A stretch of 11,782 nt of DNA from Octopus sinensis. Its lineage: Eukaryota. Below the pieces are notes generated by a model. It had not been told where the DNA came from, made no database searches, and saw nothing but the letters and a program-made list of their open reading frames with translations. The stretch spans positions 1 through 11,782 of the forward strand of contig NW_021826913.1 of NCBI RefSeq assembly GCF_006345805.1, in the 5' to 3' direction. Below are positions 1 to 8,705 of the stretch, in pieces (positions within the stretch are counted from its first letter, which is position 1; every line of letters starts with the position of its first letter). Both the position numbers and the translations under genes were made by a program.

Positions 1-1990
1 AGGACATCGTAGTTGTTCATTTTAACCAAAATGCAGAAAATTTTTTTTAATTTTTTTTGGGGGGCAAGGTTTTAAGGACTTCATCATGTAAGTCGAGGAC
101 ATCGTAGTTGTTCATTTTAACCAAAATGCAGAAAATTTTTTTTAATTTTTTTGGGGGGAAGGTTTTAAGGACTCATCATGTAAGTCGAGGACATCGTAGT
201 TGTTCATTTTAAACAAATGCAGAAAATTTTTTTTTAATTTTTTTTGGGGGGCAAGGTTTTAAGACTTCATCATGTAAGTCGAGAGACATCGTAGTTGTTC
301 ATTTTAACCAAAATGCAGAAAATTTTTTTTAATTTTTTTGGGGGGCAAGGTTTTAAGGACTTCATCATGTAAGTCGAGGACATCGTAGTTGTTCATTTTA
401 ACCAAAATGCAGAAAATTTTTTTTTAATTTTTTTGGGGGCAAGGTTTTAAGGACTTCATCATGTAAGTCGAGGACATCGTAGTTGTTCATTTTAACCAAA
501 ATGCAGAAAATTTTTTTTAATTTTTTTTGGGGGGCAAGGTTTTAAGGACTTCATCATGTAAGTCGAGGACATCTTAGTTGTTCATTTTAACCAAAATGCA
601 GAAAATTTTTTTTAATTTTTTTGGGGGCAAGGTTTTAAGGACTTCATCATGTAAGTCGGGACATCGTAGTTGTTCATTTTAACCAAAATGCAGAAAATTT
701 TTTTTAATTTTTTTGGGGGGCAAGGTTTTAAGGACTTCATCATGTAAGTCGGAATCGTAGTTGTTCATTTTAACAAAATGCAGAAAATTTTTTAATTTTT
801 TTGAGGGGCAAGGTTTTAAGGACTTCATCATGTAAGTCGAGGACATCGTAGTTGTTCATTTTAACCAAAATGCAGAAAATTTTTTTTAATTTTTTTTTAG
901 GGGGAAGGTTTTAAGGACTTCATCATGTAAGTCGAGGACATCGTAGTTGTTCATTTTACCAAAATGCAGAAAATTTTTTTTAATTTTTTTAGGGGGAAGG
1001 TTTTAAGGACTTCATCATGTAAGTCGAGGACATCGTAGTTGTCATTTAACCAAAAGCAGAAAAGTTCTTTTCAATTTTTTTTGGGGGGGGAAGGTTTTAA
1101 GGACTTCATCATGTAAGTCGAGGACATCGTAGTTGTTCATTTTAACCAAAATGCAGAGAAAGTTCTTTTCAATTTTTTTTGGGGGGGAAGGTTTTAGGAC
1201 TTCATCATGTAAGTCGAGGACATCGTAGTTGTTCATTTTAACCAAAATGCAGAAAAGTTCTTTTCAATTTTTTTTGGGGGGGAAGGTTTTAAGGACTTCA
1301 TCATGTAAGTCGAGGACATCGTAGTTGTTCATTTTAACCAAATGCAGAAAAGTTCTTTTCAATTTTTTTTGGGGGGAAGGTTTTAAGGACTTCATCATGT
1401 AAGTCGAGGACATCGTAGTTGTTCATTTTAACAAAATGCAGAGAAAGTTCTTTTCAATTTTTTTTGGGGGGAAGGTTTTAAGGACTTCATCATGTAAGTC
1501 GAGGACATCGTAGTTGTTCATTTTAACCAAAATGCAGAAAAGTTCTTTTCAATTTTTTTTGGGGGGGAAGGTTTTAAGGACTTCATCATGTAAGTCGAGG
1601 ACATCGTAGTTGTTCATTTTAACCAAAATGCAGAAAAGTTCTTTTCAATTTTTTTTGGGGGGGAGGTTTTAAGGACTTCATCATGTAAGTCGAGGACATC
1701 GTAGTTGTTCATTTTAACCAAAATGCAGAAATTTCTTTTCAATTTTTTTTGGGGGGGAAGGTTTTAAGGACTTCATCATGTAAGTCGAGGACATCGTAGT
1801 TGTTCATTTTAACCAAAATGCAGAAAAGTTCTTTTCAATTTTTTTTGGGGGGGAAGGTTTTAAGGACTTCATCATGTAAGTCGAGGACATCGTAGTTGTT
1901 CATTTTAACCAAAATGCAGAAAAGTTCTTTTCAATTTTTTTTGGGGGGGAAGGTTTTAAGGACCTCATCATGTAAGTCGAGGACATCGTA
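1..1990. repeat. Tandem satellite array, ~95-bp monomer, 21 full copies plus a partial one; runs off the left edge of the window
   Basis: AGGACATCGTAGTTGTTCATTTTAACCAAAATGCAGAAAA...GGTTTTAAGGACTTCATCATGTAAGTCG recurs with starts at about 1, 96, 188, 282, 377, 471, 566, 658, 751, 840, 935, 1027, 1121, 1217, 1313, 1407, 1502, 1598, 1693, 1788, 1884 and 1980. The array stops mid-unit at ...CATCGTA (1990). Confidence 0.99.
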
Positions 1991-2054
1991 TTGCCAATTT
2001 GAAGTTGGTGTGCACACACAGACAGACACACACCATACCATTTTATTATTAAGA
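1991..2054 (-). mobile_element. Putative 5' terminal module of a non-autonomous Helitron/Helentron-type (HINE/DINE-1-like) element, leading directly into the satellite array
   Basis: The minus strand reads A|TCTTAATAATAAAATGGTATGG-TGTGTGTCTGTCTGTGTGTGCACAC-CAACTTCAAATTGGCAA and then enters the satellite. It has 5'-TC after an A, an AT-rich leader, a GTCT/GT microsatellite and the palindrome GTGTGCACAC (2008-2017). The 3' end is outside the window. Confidence 0.5.
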
Positions 2055-2242
2055 TTGGAAAAGGACTGTCTCAAGAATTAAAAAGAAATTGGAAAAGGAT
2101 TTTCAAAAGCAGAAACGTGCTCTGATGAACACTCGTTTAAGAACTTTGAATCAGATCTTTCTATTCGAATTGATCAATTAGTCTTTGAAGTTTTTAAAAG
2201 TTTGAGAGAAGATGGGATTTCAGTTTTCAGGATTTCTCCTGA

Positions 2243-2610
2243 AATGTTATTATGTCCGAAACTGGTATTCAACAAGGCGACCCTCTTGGGCCTCTTTTAT
2301 TCTCACTCGGTGTTGATCACATTGCCCGCCAATTGTCCTCTGAGGTAAACATTTGGTACCTCGATGATGTTACTCTCGGCGGGGCTTTGGAGATCGTCAG
2401 GAATGATATAGACAAAATTATTTCTGGGTTTTCTTTGAATGGATCCAAATCCGAGCTGATATGCTTGTCTGCGAGCCCCTCAGAATTCAAACTTATTTTT
2501 TCCACCTTATCTCACCATATTGGAGGCCTGTGCATCACCCAGCTTGATGACCCTATCATTCTGGGTTCCCCAATCAATAGCAGGGCTTGATTTCGGAACT
2601 TAGAGTTCGA
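2243..2610 (+). mobile_element. Non-LTR retrotransposon reverse transcriptase fragment (RT core motifs around YLDD), probably CRE-like; truncated and degenerate
   Basis: NVIMSETGIQQGDPLGPLLFSLGVDHIARQLSSEVNIWYLDDVTLGG...LNGSKSELI...ILGSPI contains the QQGDPLG and YLDD motifs. There is a stop at 2588-2590, and a +1 frame continues briefly as GLISELR. The QQGDPLGPLLF...WYLDDxTLGG pattern matches my recollection of CRE-clade RTs. Confidence 0.85.
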
Positions 2611-3240
2611 TTCCGGAGAGGGAACGTGAGAAATGGCTACCAGATCTATGGATTGCAGCAGGTGCGTAAATTATCCACTTTTGGCATAAAGAGATAGTGA
2701 TTAGATAAAAACAGGTGCCTTTTTTGGTCATTAGATAAAAACAAAGATCTCAAAATTGGGGCAGAGATGATATTAGAAAGAAATTTCCCCTTGCCAAAAG
2801 TGTTACGAACAAGGAAGCAAAATATACAAAGAATATACAAACAAACACCAACAAAATATATAGATATCAGACATAACAAATCAAATGCAAGTAAAATATA
2901 GAAAAGGAAAAATGAGAAAGAAATAAATAAGAAAATTAAAACAGGCATTAATAGAACTGTTTTACATAAATTATGAATTATACAAATGGAATATCAATAA
3001 AGATTAAAACATGAATGTATGAATACACAATTAACTTATATAATCCCTAGTTACTAGGGATTTTAAAAGTCATAAATTCATTTAATCTCTATTAAAATAA
3101 GTAAAAACACTATAAAGGATATATACAACCAAACACCAACAAATAATCACGTGTAAAAAATATTTATCAAAAATTATTAATTGGGATAAACAGAAAGAAA
3201 TAAAACAATAATTTAATCACAAAATTATAATTGATAGTAC

Positions 3241-3653
3241 CTAATAGGAAACCCCTCACATGAAATATACGGCATTTAATCAAATTTTTTGATGCCGAGT
3301 ACAAGTGTCAGGAACTGTCTTCTCAAGGCCTATGAAACAACTCCGGTTATAATTGACAATCGCCCATGACATTTACGGCTGGAAGAATGCATCGAATTCT
3401 TCGATTGGTGCCATATACGCCTATAATTACCCAATTGAAAATTCATGGTCAATTTTAAAGACAGGAGTGATAAAGATTTATCAAATCATCTTCCATCCAT
3501 CTTAAAAATAGTCAAACGGACTTGACACAAAAAGAATATCGCTTACGGTGTCTTGAGAGAATTATTGAAGAAAATACTGCTCAAAAATATGTTGACTTTA
3601 TAGCAAAAATTCAGGGCAAACTTCCATGTGCAATTGACATAGAAAACGTCTAA
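3241..3653 (+). pseudogene. Decayed Tc1/IS630-family DDE_3 transposase, C-terminal half
   Basis: Reading across frameshifts and stops gives PVIIDNRP*HLRLEE (second catalytic D, DNAPCH-like, GAC at 3355), then RLVPYTP..PIENSWSILKTGV (PYSPxLNPIE motif, CCA at 3431), then EYRLRCLERIIEENTAQKYVDFIAKIQGKLPCAIDIENV* (TAA 3651-3653). Confidence 0.65.
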
Positions 3654-3749
3654 TTTTGAAAATAACGCCCATTTTTCCTTTTTTTCTTTAATTTTATACG
3701 TTGTCGATTTGTTCAAGTGTAAATTATAAAGTTAAACTTACGAATTTGA

Positions 3750-3833
3750 AAATTAAAGTTGCCAATTATAAAATTGAGGTTGTCAACTATAAAATCGATC
3801 TTGTTGATTATAAAATTGAAGTTGCCAATTATA
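3750..3833 (+). repeat. Four imperfect 21-bp tandem repeats (AAATTGAAGTTGCCAATTATA consensus)
   Basis: AAATTAAAGTTGCCAATTATA / AAATTGAGGTTGTCAACTATA / AAATCGATCTTGTTGATTATA / AAATTGAAGTTGCCAATTATA. Confidence 0.9.
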
Positions 3834-5406
3834 ATTTAAAGTTTTTTTGGTATAGAATAAAGAAGAAAATCGTACTTTTGAAAGAAAGGCAGTACTTGCA
3901 CATGCCACATCACTCACAGATCTCAACACAACAACTCTTCCCTACAATACTAACCTAATAATCACATCAAAGTGACTTGTCCGCAGTTGCAGAATATGCT
4001 TATACTCAACGTTGACCACGTCCTTCATAACAAAACCAGATCTTTCATAACACTGGACCAAATACAGCGAGTGACTCAACAAAATCATCAAATTGTTGTA
4101 CTTCCCATCCAGAATATCTTCTCCACTGCTAAAAGCCTACCAGCTGTAAAATCCGCTTAAACATTATTTTGAATTGAAAGCTGAAATTGCATTTTTGCTG
4201 AAAATATGATCAAATGATACAAAAATCAGTATGAAATATTTAAAATAGAATGTAAGCTTGCATAATAAAGTTATTTTAATGTGGCCTTGCAACGGGGCTG
4301 TGAGTATACTGACAGCACAGATCAAGGCAAGAGTGAATAACACAGCAAAACAAGAAAAAACGTGCTACTTTTAAATGCTTATTAAAAATATCAAATAATT
4401 ATATATAATAAAGTAATATCAAATTAGTCAAAATCGTGATATGTCCTAACTTTGTGAGTTGATAAAAATTAGAGTTAAAAAGTTGTAGTTTGGAAAAATT
4501 TAATGTTTATCTAATTTATCAATCATTTAAATCGTTTATTGAAAATAAAAGATTATTAAAATTATCGTGAAAAATGGATTTTTTGAGATCAAATTTGAGG
4601 AAATGTTGTCGAAAGGTGGGAATGTTTTGTGACTGTTTAGATTTTTGGTGATTCTGAGAGACCGGCCAATTCATCTCGAGATTAGATTGGTGATTAATGC
4701 CAAGTTGCTGGTCAGGGGACTGAACCGTGCAAGACAGACTGTGATGGAAAGACTAAAAAATAATTAATTTTAAAATCTTTTTTGTTAAAATACATTAATC
4801 TTTAATGATTAAAATAAGATGATTTGTTCAAGGGTAAATTAAAATTTTTCAAAGTAAAATGTAACCGGTTTCCCATACGTATCTAGCTGCCCATGTCACA
4901 TTATTTTATTGAAAAATTTGCTGACAATATTCTTTTTATAATACTTGTTTATTATGGAGTTAGTTTGGATCAAAAGACGCGTTTTCTTTTTTTGAAATTA
5001 ATTATTCGATATTTACAATTTATATTGACGAAAAAAAGCAAAATATTTTTCTCAAATTTTTGTTAGTTTATAAATTTGTTGACAATGAAAATCAAAAAAT
5101 ATAAACATCAAACTGTTTTATGGAATTAAAAATGAGTTTTTTGTGTTTAATTGTCAAAGTCAATGTTTTTAAGATTTTCGTGATTTTTATCTGAATTATT
5201 CGGAATAAATATTCTTTTGATAAAATTGTGTTCTTAAAATAAATTTTTGTGTTTACTTGTTCTAATTTAACTAAAAATAGTTTATTTCATATTTATAGTT
5301 AGCTTTATGCAATAATTAGTCAACACATTACATAACCACTTTAAATTCTGAATTTCTAGATGTATAAAACTACGAATAAAAATATGAATTGAAAATAAAA
5401 CTTTAT

Positions 5407-5549
5407 TTCCATAAAAAAATTAATTTGTTTTTAATTTCTCTAAAAAACGACTTTTCTTGTTTCAATTTTATTAACTTTCATTGAATATAATCAAAATCAG
5501 TAAATTTAGAGATCCAAAAATATTTTTCAGAATTAATTAGAGAAAAATA
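5407..5549 (+). repeat. Direct repeat copy 1 (~140 bp)
   Basis: 5443-5549 is identical to 7134-7240 over 107 bp by manual alignment. About 35 bp further upstream match imperfectly. Confidence 0.95.
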
Positions 5550-5926
5550 TTGTTTTCAATTTTAGTATTGTTTTCAATTAAATTTAAATTCAAATTATTT
5601 GACAATATATTACTCTATTTGTACTTAGAACAGATAAGCCAAAAAATAAATACTTGGAAATCAAACAATACAACTGTTTTATTTTATGAAATAAAAATTC
5701 GGCATAGAACAATAGTATAACAAACATTAATAATCATTAAGTAATGTTGATTCAAAAAAATAGAAAAATAAATTAAAAAATGTCTGAAAAATAAAATTAT
5801 ATAAAATTATACATACATACGTACATAAATAAAATTACAATAAAATCGCATAAATAAATTAATTAGAATAAAAAATGAAGCGTAAGATTAATTTTTTATT
5901 AATTTGTCAATAAAAGCATGAAAAAA

Positions 5927-5957
5927 TGGCTGAGCAATTTTTTTGACGAGCACTGTA
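5927..5957 (-). mobile_element. Solo Tc1-like terminal inverted repeat with flanking TA
   Basis: The minus strand reads TA|CAGTGCTCGTCAAAAAAATTGCTCAGCCA, resembling the TA|CAGTG...CAAAAA start of Tc1-type TIRs. I found no partner TIR in the window. Confidence 0.45.
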
Positions 5958-6116
5958 ACATTTAGAATCGATTTGACGATTGGAATTTAAAAGATTAGGT
6001 CATCAAAAAAAGTCATCAAAGTGAATAAAATAATATATTATTAAATCATAAACTAAGGAATAATACATATTACAATATTGTAAAAACAAACTCATAACCA
6101 ACAATTTTTTTAATTC

Positions 6117-6980
6117 ATGGAAGGTTCTGAGCAAATATCAATATGCATAAAGTCCTTGAATAGAAATAATAATAATTATGAATAAAAAATTAATATTTGC
6201 AGCAAAATAAGAACAACAAAAGAACTTAAATTTCTTAAATCCATGTATAAGAATCATGATAGTTTGAAAAAAATTTAATATTATTTCTAGGCACATGACT
6301 GTGAAAAGTCGCATTAAGTTGGGAAATAGTGATTGTTGCCAAAGCCAAATTCGGGAGGAGGCCCGTGGCAGATGATTTCTGATTGGTGAGAATTAAAATC
6401 AGAAGTTTTCTACAGAAAAATCTATGGCCAATATTAAAAGCGTAGTGGGGTCAAGTGTTGAGGTTTATAAATGAACTTTCATTTAGTTGTGTGCTCAGAT
6501 TAAAAATAACCAATTGATTCTAAGCAATCCAAAGAAATCTACGAGGAAAGTAGCAGGAAAAAGTCAACAAGGACCTTTGCGGGCTTAACAGGAGACGGTT
6601 CAAAGAAGAGAGATGAAAGTTGGCAAGTAATAGTCTGTACTCTTTCATCAAGAAAAGAAAGTACCCAGACAAATGGTCTTACATAAGGATCACGTTCAGA
6701 GGAAAGAAGTGTTTAAACACTTCACATACATCACTTGCCAAATCTAAATCGTGAAATTTTGACAGGAATCGTTTTAAGTCGAAAAAAACCCACATGGCTA
6801 CTGATTATGTTGTTTGGAAATATAATATCTAAACCTGCTTAGACATAAAACTAAGGATGCTAAAGGAAATGCAAAAAACTTTAACAAAAACAAATCTACA
6901 AGAAGCAGTTTTTTTGTACTATGCTACTGCCAGAGAAGACCACTGCGAAAGCAAGTCAAGCGAATTCTTTTCGAATATAA
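6117..6980 (+). CDS. Unidentified 9-exon gene encoding a ~210-aa protein with a basic, Lys-rich C-terminus
   Basis: Inferred GT-AG introns at 6152-6202 (51 nt), 6262-6290 (29), 6386-6415 (30), 6463-6486 (24), 6627-6652 (26), 6751-6778 (28), 6809-6842 (34) and 6908-6933 (26). Spliced reading: MEGSEQISICINKIRTTKELKFLKSMYKNH...KSMANIKSVVGSSVELCAQIKNNQLILSNPKKSTRK...GLTGDGSKKRDESWQKRKYPDKWSYIRITFRGKK...KTTAKASQANSFRI*. Exon 5 needs one 1-nt fix. Exon 3 is ambiguous and needs several. An alternative last-exon frame would end near 7016. Confidence 0.7.
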
Positions 6981-7098
6981 CCACCTAAAACGATTTGAGA
7001 ATATCTCTAATACATAAATGAAGGAAAAGAGATACGAAAAAACGAACGAAAAATTTTTATTTTAAAAAAAGCTGTTAGTAGAGGGTATAATTAAGACC

Positions 7099-7240
7099 TT
7101 CCACGAAAAATAAATTTGTTTTTAATTTCTACTAAAAACGACTTTTCTTGTTTCAATTTTATTAACTTTCATTGAATATAATCAAAATCAGTAAATTTAG
7201 AGATCCAAAAATATTTTTCAGAATTAATTAGAGAAAAATA
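7099..7240 (+). repeat. Direct repeat copy 2, lying in the convergent 3' intergenic region (probable MEMO1 3' UTR)
   Basis: It ends 13 nt from the MEMO1 stop codon and contains a minus-strand AATAAA (7158-7163). It matches 5407-5549. Confidence 0.95.
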
Positions 7241-7253
7241 AAGTCAAATTAAA

Positions 7254-8386
7254 TTAAAAATCGAAATAGGCAGAAGCATAGCTAACAGATGACTCACCTT
7301 TCTTCACAACTCGACTAGACTGTTCGTAACGGACAAATCTAAGCGTTCCACCACAACCGCTCTCTCTAATAGTCTTATCATACACAATCCGACTACAAAC
7401 ATGCAATAAAACAAGAATAGGATTCCTTCCACATATCGTATTCCCCGTAGTCTCCAAATAGTCCTCAAATCCTTCAGGATTTAGACTTTCAATCTCATTC
7501 ATGCCCTATTTTTTGATTATTAAAAAAACAGCTCGATCCATGGCTTCGATTGATTCCCAAATCTCTCCCTTAGAGGGGTCGTAGGGACTGAACATAAATC
7601 GCCTTCCTTTGAGGATTTACTCATTTTAGTACCCCAGTGACAAAAATCGGTGGAAATGACAAAAAAATTGGTTTTGTCCATCAAATATTTTGAGAGGATT
7701 TTTGCAGTTCTTCTCGACATTTCAGAATCACAGGACCCCACCATGATTGGGACAATTTTAATTGATCTTTAAATTATTTATTAAATAATTTATATATAAT
7801 TAAATATAATTAATTTACCCTCCGAATATTTTGTAAATAAATGGATACTGCATTTCGAGAGAATGTTCGTCCATATCCTGTTGTATATTTATTTCTTTAA
7901 ATATTTTAGTATTTCTCAATTCTTGTATTACTAAAATATATATAATATAAATTATATTATTCAAATTAATTAAATACATTTTAAATCAACTTGAAGATTT
8001 CCTAGTGGTGTCTCCACTATTTCAGCAGGAGACAGAGCACAGCCTCTAAAGCCAACATGATGACTTGGTCCAACACAAAAACACGTGATCTGGGCAGATT
8101 AGGTCACGTTTAAAAAACATATTGTCTGTATTTATCTGTTTGTAAGCATAAGCTGCAGTTGGTCCACTGTAGGTGTAGCCGGCATGTCTGTATGTGATGA
8201 TTTATATATTATATTACGGGAAATTATAGCACGAGAAGATTCTGTGAATGACTCTGCTTTGTTGAGGTATTCTTCGAGTTCATTTGACAATGAATCAGCT
8301 TTTTTGATGTTATTTTGAATATATACCTCTATTTTCATACCACGAACCAGCATGAGAGGCTTCTCGTACAGTGAGTGGGTTTGCAT
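7254..8386 (-). CDS. MEMO1: MEMO1 family protein (Memo/AmmeMemoRadiSam B, dioxygenase-like fold), 8 exons, ~299 aa
   Basis: Motifs REASHAGSWY, RAIISPHAGYTYSGPTAAYAY, RVFVLGPSHH, ETPLGNLQVD, DEHSLEMQYPF, IVPIMVG, FVISTDFCHWG and GNTICGRNPI...SSVSYAS. Introns at 8299-8326 (28 nt), 8188-8217 (30), 8090-8118 (29), 7931-7977 (47), 7767-7818 (52), 7607-7632 (26) and 7506-7529 (24). Exons total 897 nt. Restoring three single-base homopolymer losses gives 900 nt, i.e. 299 aa plus stop, the expected family length. Confidence 0.97.
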
Positions 8387-8705
8387 CACAACAAATAATT
8401 AATTTAAATATTTTATTTAAATAATAATTTACTGTGTCTTATAATTAAATAATTATTCATTTTTATAAATATATTAAGAATCTCCACAATATGCCTTGAA
8501 TTTTATCGATAAGCCACGACTGAGTTATGCCCTCATTAGTCTATATAATAGTTTTTTTTGGTAGAAATTTTACCATAATAATAATTTCATGTTCATCTAA
8601 TACGAATATGTTTATATATCATTAATGACTGTCCGTTACATTATTTTAATAAAATCAGTAAATTGGGTTAATTATTATTCATTTATTTTATTGGCATCCG
8701 ACAGA
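8387..8705. promoter_or_regulatory. Short divergent intergenic region (putative bidirectional promoter) between MEMO1 and the MARVEL-like gene
   Basis: The two start codons face away from each other 319 bp apart, and the region is very AT-rich. No specific motif identified. Confidence 0.45.

Noticed and set aside
1042-1245. 67-aa minus-strand ORF (MVKMNNYDVLDLHDEVLK... repeated)
   Set aside because: It is a translation of the satellite. The frame depends on homopolymer lengths and is not maintained between units.
1-1990. CRISPR-like array
   Set aside because: There are no unique spacers, since the whole 95-bp unit repeats, and the context is eukaryotic with no cas genes.
1896-2081. 61-aa plus-strand ORF
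   Set aside because: It spans the last satellite unit and the microsatellite module and is a chance frame.
2317-2505. 62-aa minus-strand ORF
   Set aside because: It is an antisense shadow of the RT fragment.
2661-2743. TATCCACTTTTGG (resembling part of the Tc1 TIR) and duplicated ATTAGATAAAAACA (2700-2713, 2730-2743)
   Set aside because: There is no TA|CAGT terminus and no inverted partner in the window. It may be TE debris but cannot be assigned.
2646-2948. 100-aa hydrophobic minus-strand ORF
   Set aside because: F/L/I richness follows directly from an A-rich plus strand. No motif is present.
3701-3958. 85-aa ORF with heptad-like KIEVANY repeats, suggesting a coiled coil
   Set aside because: The heptads are a by-product of a 21-bp DNA repeat downstream of a transposase remnant, and the start is TTG.
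3880-4160. GC-richer island including the 62-aa ORF 3972-4160
   Set aside because: No recognisable protein in any frame and no consistent mini-intron model could be built. Left unassigned.
4283-4328. Imperfect stem-loop GCCTTG...GCTGT...ACAGC...CAAGGC
   Set aside because: The stems are short, there is no adjacent CTRR for a Helitron end, and it has no ncRNA hallmarks.
8132-8389. 85-aa ORF as annotated in the track
   Set aside because: It is a chimera of out-of-frame exon 1, introns and MEMO1 exon 2, and is superseded by the spliced model.
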